From: a virus
Lineage: Duplodnaviria; Caudoviricetes
Length of the DNA: 64,000 nucleotides
Direction: 5' to 3' (one strand)
Virus record (IMG/VR): IMGVR_UViG_3300011268_000751
Span: 1-64,000 of that record
Made by a program: the position numbers and the translations under genes. The notes under the pieces are model-generated. The model worked only from the letters and a program-made list of their open reading frames with translations. It was not told where the DNA came from and ran no database searches. Positions 18,101 through 26,009 of this stretch are shown piece by piece; within the stretch, counting starts at the first letter, position 1, and every line of letters begins with the position of its first letter.

Positions 18101-21100
18101 CGTTGTTAGTTTAGAAACATTATCATATGTTTGAGATGTGATTGTAGGTGCAGGACCCGTTGGGAATATGTATTGACCTGTGGTAATTGATGGATCGAAA
18201 TTGGTAATAGCAACGGCAACTTGAGTTGCTGATGGAATTGAAGTAATCTTATAATATCCATCAGAAGTAGTTCCAATACCAGTGATTTGAATACCATCTC
18301 CAATATCACCAGAAATACCACTGGTTGCAATTTGAATTCTGGCGCCAGTTCCTCCTGGACCGATAACTTCCGGATCAAATTCTAAGAACTCACCATTTGT
18401 ATATCCAGAACCTTTAGAAATAATATCGACACCATCAACAGATCCAAGTTTTACAACAACTTTTGCAGTTGCACCATCCCAAGAACTAGATCCTAAATTA
18501 AATAGTTTTACATTATAATATGTTCCATTATTATATCCAGTTCCTGGAACAATTGAAGAGTAAGTTGCAACACCACTAAATCCATGTTGTCTCTCTAAGG
18601 TGATAGTTGCAGTTCCTGATGTTGGGGATGCGAATGATGTAGAAACTCCTGTAATTGATAATCCAAGTCCAAAGTCCTTGGCAAATTTATCAATTGTTTC
18701 TCTAGTTATACTTCTCTTGAGATCATTTGTTACAACTTGACCGATTGGGAATCTCTTTGCAAATGTTTTTGCTGCTGGTGGATTATCATCAACATTATCA
18801 TTATCTAACTGTGGATAAAGGTCAACAACGTGCTGAGCGTATTTTAAATAATCAAACTCTCCTGGAATAGGATTATCCGCATTCAGAACATATAGATGAT
18901 AAATTCCATCTTGAACTCCATAAATGAAAGGTGTAATAACATCATTTCGATAGATATAATAATTAGAATTTATATCATTCTTTTGGAATCTTGGGAGATC
19001 GGCATTTCTGACATTAGTGTTACTTAAAAATATTCCTGGATTTCTAGTTCTTCCAAAAATATCGGTGGTTTCATATGTGAATGTATTGTTATCAACAATA
19101 GCAGTAACTTCAAATGTTCCGTTAAATCCAAGAGTTGGAGCTGCAATTAAGTTGGTTGTACTCACTACATTGCTGATGATGACAATATCGCCAACTTTTA
19201 GACTATGGGGAAGGTCTGCAAATACTAAAACTTCAGTTCCATTTGTGGTGCATGTGCTAATAAATCTTTGGTTTCTCCTAAAAGCATAATCACCTCTAGT
19301 AATTGTATTTGCGGTAAAGTCTGAGATGGTTGATACACCAGTAGTGCTAGACTCCTGTAAAACAAATCCTGCTAATGGATCTCTTGCGTTTTCTGCTTCC
19401 TTTGGAATAACGACTCTTACCTTATAAAGCTTTTCATCTAAACTACGGGAGTCTGGAATTCTCTTAACAAATGAAACTTCTGTTCTATCAGTTCCAAATC
19501 CTGAGGTTCCATCAAGTCCCTTGATTGTGGTGTAAATATCATTGTTTGAATTTGTATTTACAAACCAGTTTCCTTGAACTAGGTCATACTGAACTGGTGA
19601 TCCTGGTTCTCCAGGCTCTTTATCTGATACTCTACTAAAAATGTATAGATCCGATCCACCATAACAAGTAATGGGAAACCTGATCTCGGCATTTGTTCTA
19701 GAAGATGCAAGTTGAATTTCATTTGCACTATATTTGATTGCATAATATTGTCTATGCTCTACAAGATTTTCTGGAATATCTCCAGAATCACTAATCAATC
19801 TAACTTTTTCTCCATTCTGTAATGAGTGTGCTCCAATATTGAAGACTGTCGAATTTAAATCCAAATCTGGATTTGGACCATCAATAACTCGATATAGTTT
19901 CTGTGCGCTTTCTGATCCTAAAGCTCTTGTATTAACACCAACTGTAGAGAGTGTATTATCTACCATGTAGATACTCGCATCTTTAATTCCAAGAGGAGTT
20001 TCTACGAAAACTTTATCGTTTAATTTGGCACCAAGACGATATTGTTGTAGAATAATCGGTGGTTTTACGTCTGGGTTTCTAAATCCATAGATGTAAAGAT
20101 GATTAGAATTATTTGCTGTGCTCGTTAGACCTACATCAATTGAAATCCAGTCAATATTTTCTTCTTCTTCAACGTTTGCTCTCGGTCCAATGATCGAAGT
20201 TATATAACCTCTATTATCTTTATCGAATGCTTCTGCCTTGTATCCAGTTGCAGCAAGAGAATATTGTCCGAAGTTTGAGTTGGAGTTTGTAATTGAAGCG
20301 TCTCCACCACTTTCGGAGTCAAAGTGTTTCGTAAATCCGATTGCAAAAACAGAAACAACCTGAATGAATGAATCATTAGTTAGTTTAATATGACTTGTTT
20401 CCCAACCTTTTCTATAAACTGCTCTAGGATCTAAGTGATAAACTGAATTACTATCGGTTGAAGAAGATTGTGATGAAAGTTCTGCTCCGCTTACGGTAAC
20501 ACTTGTGTCTAAACCATTATAAACTCTAGAAACAGGATCATATTTTACAAATGCTCTGTCATCTTTTTGTAGGGAAATTGCAGTAAATTGTGCCGTAACC
20601 ATCGAACGGAAACCAGTTGCCTTATTACCATCGGCAAACAAACCATTCATGCCCCACACAGAACGTAAGGAGCAGTTAAAGATATATGGAGATGCTCCAG
20701 AAACAGTATCAGTCTCAATCGTTACTGTTGCTGAAGAAGCACCAGGGAATGCTGGAAGATTAGGTCTTACGAATGGGAGAAGATAGGTAAACTTATTTGG
20801 ATCTTCATCATCAATCTCTGCAACTTTTGTTGAGATATTATAGTCTTGAGTATCAACTCCTCTAATCTTAATTGGTGTTCCAACAGAGAATTCGTGTGGT
20901 TTTGCAGTTGTTACGGTAACAACATTTGTTGCCGTTAAACCATTTCCAGATTGAATTGAAGTAATTTCAAATGGGTCAGTTGCAAATGCACCTACAATTT
21001 CAAACTCTGGCCTTTGTGGAGCAATACCTGTTGTACTTGTTGGATATTTGTCAGAAAAAGGAATTAATCTTCCAGATGCATCATTATATGCATTTCCTAA

Positions 21101-21835
21101 TTTAGCATAATACATCTCAAGGTCGGTGAGAGTATATCCATCAACAATATTAACACCGTCAGCATAAGCAAAACAGCTAAGTTTATGGTGACTGAATGTT
21201 GGATTAGTTCTGTAAGGTAAAGAGAAATCTGCAGGGTCAGTATAGACTACTCCTAGTTCATCACCATCAAAGAATGATGCCTGCCAAAAATAGCAAGCAC
21301 CTGTAACTCTGAAAATGGTAGAAATCTTTGCGTTTGGATCAGTTGGGTTAGGAACATATTTTGGTCTGATCTTAACCTTTCTTAGATCCAAACCAACGAT
21401 AGAAGTTCCCCTAGGAACGATTACACCACCTTCTACGCTATTGAATTTATAGAGTTGATTATCTTCTTGAGTAATATCAAAGTTTGAAGTTAAAGTAAAG
21501 TTTAATAGATCCTTTGCCAAAAAATCAACACCAGCAGGAGAAACTGCATAAGCAAAACCATCATCTTCCTTGATTGCAAATCCTGGGCGATTATCAATCG
21601 TATGCTCTCCAGGAAAAAGAAGAATAGTGGTTTTTTCAGTAATATCGTTATTTCTACCTTTCAAGTAAGAAAATCTCGCAGACTCAATTAGAGCTCTTTG
21701 GATAGTCTTAAATGGTTTAGTTAGTGAATTACCCTGATTGCTAATACTATCAGTAGAGTCCAAGTCATTTGGATTAACGTAAAGAATTCTACCTTCAGTA
21801 TTCTTAATAAAATTCTCTAATTGATTAAGAGGCAT
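15176..21835 (-). CDS. large virion structural / tail fibre protein with C-terminal tail-collar domain
   Basis: 2219 aa; N-terminal ILYVNP...PFKTIQRAL motif, repeated small beta-barrels (VTVTTAKPHEF), beta-helix repeats, collar motif IPLGGIIMWSG...GWALCDG...PDLRDRF. Confidence 0.9.
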   Translation of the reverse strand: MPLNQLENFIKNTEGRILYVNPNDLDSTDSISNQGNSLTKPFKTIQRALIESARFSYLKGRNNDITEKTTILLFPGEHTIDNRPGFAIKEDDGFAYAVSPAGVDFLAKDLLNFTLTSNFDITQEDNQLYKFNSVEGGVIVPRGTSIVGLDLRKVKIRPKYVPNPTDPNAKISTIFRVTGACYFWQASFFDGDELGVVYTDPADFSLPYRTNPTFSHHKLSCFAYADGVNIVDGYTLTDLEMYYAKLGNAYNDASGRLIPFSDKYPTSTTGIAPQRPEFEIVGAFATDPFEITSIQSGNGLTATNVVTVTTAKPHEFSVGTPIKIRGVDTQDYNISTKVAEIDDEDPNKFTYLLPFVRPNLPAFPGASSATVTIETDTVSGASPYIFNCSLRSVWGMNGLFADGNKATGFRSMVTAQFTAISLQKDDRAFVKYDPVSRVYNGLDTSVTVSGAELSSQSSSTDSNSVYHLDPRAVYRKGWETSHIKLTNDSFIQVVSVFAIGFTKHFDSESGGDASITNSNSNFGQYSLAATGYKAEAFDKDNRGYITSIIGPRANVEEEENIDWISIDVGLTSTANNSNHLYIYGFRNPDVKPPIILQQYRLGAKLNDKVFVETPLGIKDASIYMVDNTLSTVGVNTRALGSESAQKLYRVIDGPNPDLDLNSTVFNIGAHSLQNGEKVRLISDSGDIPENLVEHRQYYAIKYSANEIQLASSRTNAEIRFPITCYGGSDLYIFSRVSDKEPGEPGSPVQYDLVQGNWFVNTNSNNDIYTTIKGLDGTSGFGTDRTEVSFVKRIPDSRSLDEKLYKVRVVIPKEAENARDPLAGFVLQESSTTGVSTISDFTANTITRGDYAFRRNQRFISTCTTNGTEVLVFADLPHSLKVGDIVIISNVVSTTNLIAAPTLGFNGTFEVTAIVDNNTFTYETTDIFGRTRNPGIFLSNTNVRNADLPRFQKNDINSNYYIYRNDVITPFIYGVQDGIYHLYVLNADNPIPGEFDYLKYAQHVVDLYPQLDNDNVDDNPPAAKTFAKRFPIGQVVTNDLKRSITRETIDKFAKDFGLGLSITGVSTSFASPTSGTATITLERQHGFSGVATYSSIVPGTGYNNGTYYNVKLFNLGSSSWDGATAKVVVKLGSVDGVDIISKGSGYTNGEFLEFDPEVIGPGGTGARIQIATSGISGDIGDGIQITGIGTTSDGYYKITSIPSATQVAVAITNFDPSITTGQYIFPTGPAPTITSQTYDNVSKLTTFNFSSAHGLVLGNKFRLFNSSNNNLGDFIVDEKISATTITAITKKDYSASGGYVVKHGLSTNDAISDISGESLGSRGMYFYDSEVTTLTNGLTPDDDVITTPITQSQMSRFPVGSFIQIDNEIMRIESNILTGSGNNQIRVHRGYLGTRAQPHSNGTLVKKIKPIPIEFRRPSILRASGHTFEYLGYGPGNYSTGLPQVQVRALTEIEAFLSQSQQRSCGNIAYTGMNSDGDFYIGNTKYSSTSGAQITYGIPVPTITGRDPSRLSLVFDEVVIKERLIVEGGNSGTILSQFDGPVTFNGELRINGYLTINNSMRIRRDLRVDGTSRFDGDMTINSLTDASPVITAELLTISAAGAALIVKGGVGIVKDLVVNKNVRVTGISTFTGLVDANGGATIDNVRIGIANDNKIDTSTGNLNLGAFGGNVIVDNQLNVTGVSTFTGFIDANGGAYIDNIQIGIANDNTIDTSSGTLTLNSVGGTIIVDDNLDVNVSLNVDRNVTVTGISTFTGLVDANGGATIDNVRIGIANDNIIDTIVGDLILDSSTGSVVIDDILIVNEETYIYDTLTVTQENVPDASKVIINLDGNIELYRTGAGGAYIDFKRNSLSEDYNVRLDNFTEGFLTLTGNLLVTGNVDLGNATSDTVTFVARVDSDIIPSANESFTLGTSTLRWEEIFAATLTVSVLNVSDNATIDNVRIGAGGPTVIDTVSGNLILSSVGGTIDIQNNLNVTGDVTLGNIVGDIVTFVSRINSNIVPRLDATFDFGTTTLRWNNVYAKTVGQTEYTTFNGYGTIPLGGIIMWSGLTSSLPSGWALCDGTAGRPDLRDRFIAGSGSVLTHNGTGGSNSITLTDSNLPSHSHTATLTEVTDHTHTITVSEVGNHGHAFIISKDRNATGWEGPNGGFVLDTSENETQPANSGNPNTSGGQIGGGGGHGHTATATGGGGHTHTVTISPTGSGTSVDITPRYYALAFIMRIT
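16514..16969. repeat. 90-nt perfect direct repeat inside the fibre gene (16514-16603 and 16880-16969)
   Basis: Both copies encode VTGISTFTGLVDANGGATIDNVRIGIANDN and are identical at DNA level. Confidence 0.9.
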
Positions 21836-21867
21836 CGGATTATAGCGGTCAAATTATTTCTATAGTT

Positions 21868-21875
21868 TATTTATA
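21868..21875 (-). promoter_or_regulatory. T4-type late promoter TATAAATA
   Basis: Exact consensus about 33 nt upstream of the 21835 start. Confidence 0.8.
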
Positions 21876-22005
21876 GATTTAATTTCAAAGAAACTCTATA
21901 ACATAAGTTCCTCTTCAATAAAAACATCATTATTTACAACATCGAATATGCATTCTGGTTTTAAAGAAAGAATTTCTTCCATTTTTAGTATGAGGCAGTA
22001 AGTTT

Positions 22006-22317
22006 TTATCCACTAAAATCCTCTTCATCATATTCATACTCTAAATCATCTGGCAAATCTTCTGGATTTTCCAGATCAACGGGGAAGAAGCATGGATGCG
22101 CTTCTTCATCAATTAAGTAGAAAGAATTCTTATACAGATCTTCAGGTTCATATCTCAATTGTAGATCTGCCAGACGAATTAATTCTGGATCAGTATTTGA
22201 CAACTCAGATAATTCATCAAACGTGAATGGGATCTCGTTGATGAAATACATCTTCACTATCATACTGCCCTGATTATACCAACAGTATGAATGAGTGATT
22301 TTATACTTAAATGACAT
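22006..22317 (-). CDS. conserved hypothetical cyanophage-type protein
   Basis: HSYCWYNQGSMIVKMYFINEIPFTFDEL; acidic C-terminus. Confidence 0.85.
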   Translation of the reverse strand: MSFKYKITHSYCWYNQGSMIVKMYFINEIPFTFDELSELSNTDPELIRLADLQLRYEPEDLYKNSFYLIDEEAHPCFFPVDLENPEDLPDDLEYEYDEEDFSG

Positions 22318-22350
22318 AGGAGAATTTTCCCATATCTTATATTTATTTTA

Positions 22351-22423
22351 TGCTCCTTGCGTGGATCGAACACGCCTCAGGCGAATTATGAGTTCGCTGC
22401 ATTCACCAGATTGCTAAAGGAGC
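22351..22423 (-). tRNA. tRNA with CAU anticodon, probably tRNA-Ile2 (lysidine); no encoded CCA
   Basis: GCTCCTT/AAGGAGC acceptor, GCGAA-CTCATAA-TTCGC anticodon arm, GCGTG-TTCGATC-CACGC T arm; C4:G69 and C5:G68 present; lacks initiator features. Confidence 0.9.
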
Positions 22424-22426
22424 ATA

Positions 22427-22514
22427 TAGTCGCCCAGGGTATCGAACCCTGCCAAAGGCCCTAATCTGGGGCAAAGGGCTTATAAGGCCCCTCTGAACAC
22501 CTGTTCTGACGACC
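22427..22514 (-). tRNA. non-canonical tRNA-like gene, anticodon UAU, long variable arm, 4-nt D-loop
   Basis: GGTCGTC/GGCGACT acceptor with A73; GAAC-AGGT-GTTC D arm; GGGGC-CTTATAA-GCCCT anticodon arm; 23-nt variable region; CAGGG-TTCGATA-CCCTG T arm. Confidence 0.7.
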
Positions 22515-22527
22515 ATAAACTAGATCA

Positions 22528-22556
22528 ATTATAGAGGATCTGGAACTCTTTGTCAA
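22528..22556 (-). promoter_or_regulatory. consensus sigma70 promoter TTGACA-17-TATAAT driving the tRNA pair
   Basis: Perfect boxes at 22551-22556 and 22528-22533; predicted +1 a few nt upstream of the tRNA at 22514. Confidence 0.9.
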
Positions 22557-22735
22557 CTACCTTCTTCGTGATCCGTGTGTATTCGAATCAGGTCGTCAAC
22601 TTCCTTATACTCTTCATAAGGAATCAGCATAGCATCTCCATATTCACTTTTGATAAGGAAGGATTGACCTGCCTCAACCTTATCAAGGTATTCTTCAAAG
22701 TTTTCTTGTAATTCTTCAATCGTTAGAGTTTTCAT
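22553..22735 (-). CDS. Phd/YefM antitoxin-like small protein
   Basis: MKTLTIEELQENFEEYLDKVEAGQSFLIK matches the Phd N-terminal pattern; start reassigned to 22735. Confidence 0.65.
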   Translation of the reverse strand: MKTLTIEELQENFEEYLDKVEAGQSFLIKSEYGDAMLIPYEEYKEVDDLIRIHTDHEEGS

Positions 22736-22925
22736 AGATTGCAAGATCGGCATACTCGATTTGTTCTGGAGACAGATTGCTGGTTACAACTTCCAGCACG
22801 TTCATAAATTCTTGAGTTGTATCACATTCAACCATGAGCTCACTTCCTTTATCACTCAGCAGAAGAAAAGATTTACTGCAAAGATCAATCACAATACCTT
22901 GGACGCATTCTTGTGTGGCGCTCAT
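22716..22925 (-). CDS. conserved hypothetical cyanophage-type protein
   Basis: VIDLCSKSFLLLSDKG...VECDTTQEFMNVL; directly downstream of a consensus promoter. Confidence 0.8.
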   Translation of the reverse strand: MSATQECVQGIVIDLCSKSFLLLSDKGSELMVECDTTQEFMNVLEVVTSNLSPEQIEYADLAIYENSND

Positions 22926-22951
22926 TCAGTTGTTCCGTTGATTACCCCCAT

Positions 22952-22980
22952 ATTATAGGGGGTCCTGGCGCTGGTGTCAA
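22952..22980 (-). promoter_or_regulatory. consensus sigma70 promoter TTGACA-17-TATAAT
   Basis: Boxes at 22975-22980 and 22952-22957; -10 flanked by CCCCC/GGGGG inverted repeat. Confidence 0.9.
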
Positions 22981-24182
22981 CCCCCTGATCCGACGAAGGC
23001 GCGAATGTCCTGCTGAACCTGAGTGTTTGACACAAAAGCCTCATGTCCACCAGTTGCATAATAATTAAATGTATATGGAGCACAGTCCATACAATCATTC
23101 AAACCTGCTTGCAAAATATTTTGCATATTAAAGACCTGGGGAGCACCACTGTTATTTCCAGTAGTATCATCTAGTGCCTGAATGTATAGAGAAGGAGATT
23201 TTAATCCTGTCAAATAATTTTTTAATGATATTGAATTATATTTATCAGGTTCAATATCTGTTGAGAAAAATCCACTCTTTAATTTTCGACAAGAAAATAT
23301 GCTATCATTAGTATCTTCAGAATAAGCGCAAGTTGTAAGAAGATCAATCGGTCCAGGAGCATTTAAAATTACACCATCAATCGTATGTAAAGTATTCAGT
23401 TTATGAACTAAAGAACCTCCTTGCGAGTGTCCGAATGTGTATATCTTATCTATCGATGTTCCAAATCCATCTGAAAGATAAGAGTCTAAAATATTCATAA
23501 CCCATAAAAGAGCAGCTTCTGCATATGCTAAGTTGTCTCCCAGATAAAAATTACTTATCTGTATTCCAGGAAACTGAAAATCTGCTCTCTCTTGATTTGT
23601 GCTTGGGAAACTAGTATTCCAACTTGGAATAGTATCTTGAGGATAAGCAACTGAAAAAATAATCTTGTCTCCTAAACTTAGTTTATTTTGATTCAGTGCA
23701 ATATTTAAAAATTTTTCTGCAGCATTATATGGAGTTACACCTTCAGTGCTAATTGTTCCATGATAAAGAACTATTACATCATAGGATGGATTTGATGTAG
23801 GTGGAACATAGAGCCATCCTCTAACTGGCAAACTATTGTAACTACCAAAAACAAATGATCTGTTCTGAGTTTGTTTTGGAATATTAAAATAGTTATTTAA
23901 CTCTAAAGGTATTTTTCCACCACCTCTTCCATATACTTGACCTCTATGGGGAGTTCTAGGACCCCAAGCACTTCCCCTAATTGTGTTATATGATAATGAA
24001 TTAAATGGAATATATAAATCATCAGAAAGACCAACTATATTGTTTGTTGATTTTATGAATTGAAGTGGAAAAAGATTAGCAATATCATCTTCTATAAAAT
24101 TTTCAGATACTTTGTATCTAAGATTAGGATCACAATAACTTTCTAACCCTTTAGATGTAGATGAAAAATTGAATATTGCCAT
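22977..24182 (-). CDS. alpha/beta hydrolase (esterase-like) with N-terminal extension
   Basis: YHG oxyanion region, nucleophile elbow GHSQGG, acid ALDD, catalytic His GGHE. Confidence 0.85.
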   Translation of the reverse strand: MAIFNFSSTSKGLESYCDPNLRYKVSENFIEDDIANLFPLQFIKSTNNIVGLSDDLYIPFNSLSYNTIRGSAWGPRTPHRGQVYGRGGGKIPLELNNYFNIPKQTQNRSFVFGSYNSLPVRGWLYVPPTSNPSYDVIVLYHGTISTEGVTPYNAAEKFLNIALNQNKLSLGDKIIFSVAYPQDTIPSWNTSFPSTNQERADFQFPGIQISNFYLGDNLAYAEAALLWVMNILDSYLSDGFGTSIDKIYTFGHSQGGSLVHKLNTLHTIDGVILNAPGPIDLLTTCAYSEDTNDSIFSCRKLKSGFFSTDIEPDKYNSISLKNYLTGLKSPSLYIQALDDTTGNNSGAPQVFNMQNILQAGLNDCMDCAPYTFNYYATGGHEAFVSNTQVQQDIRAFVGSGG

Positions 24183-26008
24183 TATCTTCCAAAAATGTGA
24201 TGTGGATAAAATCCAATATACGTTCTTCTTCCCCTTGCTGAAGCTCTTTCAGTTCCTGTTTTATCTTGAGGAAAATTCTTAACTCCCAAAACTTTATTAA
24301 TATCCCAAGATGTTGGGGATGATGTATATCCATATCTCAGTGAAGGATCGCCATTTGATGATCCTGGGGGATTTGCATAAGCTGGAAACGCGGAATTGTT
24401 AGATACTACAATTCCTGAACCAAATATAGTTAAAAATCCAAATGTATAAGAACTGAATGGATTATATAAGTATCTCTTTGATTCTTTTAAAGTTAAATCA
24501 CCTATTTCTAATAATATAGACTGTGAATCGGTATTAGAACTTCCCACATTTATTGTAATATTTCCAGATCCTACATTTGTAATATATGTCCCCGTTTCAT
24601 TATCGAAAACTTCAGTTACTGGTCTCAAATATTGATTGACTGATATTTGAGAAGTATCAACTGAGATATTTGATGTATTTGGACTTATTGTTGTTATACC
24701 GGAAAATTTAATATCAATAAGATCACCATAATCTTGTGCTGTTGTTACTTTTGTTCCTCCCCCAAAGTATCCTACGCTAAAAGTTGCTACTCCAACTAAA
24801 GAAGTATTAATTCCAGATTTATTGAAGTAAATTCTATTTTTATAAAATGTATTAGTTGTATAAAATCCAAATAAAAATTCTCCGGTTGTAATTCCAGTAT
24901 TAGTAGTTGGATTGCTTAATTCAATAAAACTATTACCTATGGATACAACAGTTGTGCCATCAGTATATCCATCAAGTTGTGGACTAATAACACTATCATT
25001 AAGTTCAATTCCTTTGGTATCCATATAAACAACAGTTGAACCTGGATATACTATTGGGGCATATCTAGTAAATCCAACGCTTGTTTCAATTGAAAAAGTA
25101 TTTGTAGATGCTGGTTGAAAACTGACAGCACTTCCAACTATAGAAAGAACTTGAGTAGTTTCTTCAAAAAAGTCACCTCTAACAAAATCACCAATTGCAA
25201 TACGATTTACAAATCCTACAGGAATTGAACTAGTACCAGCCCCAAGATACCTAAATGGATTAATTTCAGTCCTTAATGAAAATGAAGTAGTAACTCCGCT
25301 TACATAAGTATCAAACCCTACTACTCTATATCCCTCTGAAATTATTCCTGTCAATGGAACAACATAATCATTAATAGCAAATTTTAAAGATCCACTTGGA
25401 AATCTTGCATCAGTATTGAAGAAAAACGTAGATCCAATACCAACTACAGTTCCAGTTCCAAATCCTAAATTTACAGTTTCTGAAAAATTATTTGTAGTTC
25501 TTGCGGATATATCGATATTATAATCATTAGTATTTTGATAAAATTTTATTTCAGTTGTTACTCCAGTAACATTCAATGTTGCTGGAAATATTTGAACGGC
25601 ACCAGAAAGTATACCTACAATAATAGTATTGGATCCTATTATATTTGAATTTGGTAATATTTTTAGATCTGTTGTAATTCCTGAAGTATTAATTCCAGAA
25701 ATTCTTGTTGTGCTTGGTCCAAGAGTAGAAGATTGAATACCAACTACCTGAATTCCTTGATTTATTCTTAATATTTTTGTGTTTGGATATGTAATTGATG
25801 GAATATATTCAACGTCTTGACCTGGGTATAATCCAGAAGTGTCTAATCCTACAAATATATTTGTAGTTCTTGTATCAATTCCAACTGTTTTTGTAGTTTC
25901 TACTGTAAATCCTGGAGGTATAATATATTGATCTAATGCTCCTATTGATCCGCTGATAGAAGATCTTGGAAAAAAAGATATAGTTTCAAAATTCCAGTCA
26001 GTTCTCAT
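24182..26008 (-). CDS. virion structural protein with repeated small beta domains
   Basis: 608 aa, Thr/Gly/Ile rich, recurring GT..V.SI...I.LS.... units. Confidence 0.75.
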   Translation of the reverse strand: MRTDWNFETISFFPRSSISGSIGALDQYIIPPGFTVETTKTVGIDTRTTNIFVGLDTSGLYPGQDVEYIPSITYPNTKILRINQGIQVVGIQSSTLGPSTTRISGINTSGITTDLKILPNSNIIGSNTIIVGILSGAVQIFPATLNVTGVTTEIKFYQNTNDYNIDISARTTNNFSETVNLGFGTGTVVGIGSTFFFNTDARFPSGSLKFAINDYVVPLTGIISEGYRVVGFDTYVSGVTTSFSLRTEINPFRYLGAGTSSIPVGFVNRIAIGDFVRGDFFEETTQVLSIVGSAVSFQPASTNTFSIETSVGFTRYAPIVYPGSTVVYMDTKGIELNDSVISPQLDGYTDGTTVVSIGNSFIELSNPTTNTGITTGEFLFGFYTTNTFYKNRIYFNKSGINTSLVGVATFSVGYFGGGTKVTTAQDYGDLIDIKFSGITTISPNTSNISVDTSQISVNQYLRPVTEVFDNETGTYITNVGSGNITINVGSSNTDSQSILLEIGDLTLKESKRYLYNPFSSYTFGFLTIFGSGIVVSNNSAFPAYANPPGSSNGDPSLRYGYTSSPTSWDINKVLGVKNFPQDKTGTERASARGRRTYIGFYPHHIFGR

Positions 26009-26009
26009 T

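Noticed and set aside
21893-21981. Possible ~28-aa ORF MEEILSLKPECIFDVV...
   Set aside because: Too short and of ambiguous start; cannot be supported without homology
22351-22423. Initiator tRNA-fMet assignment
   Set aside because: Has a G1:C72 pair and lacks the three G:C pairs in the anticodon stem; elongator Met cannot be fully excluded
22427-22514. Selenocysteine tRNA or intron-containing tRNA
   Set aside because: Anticodon is UAU rather than UCA, the D-stem is only 4 bp, and the extra sequence lies in the variable region rather than the anticodon loop
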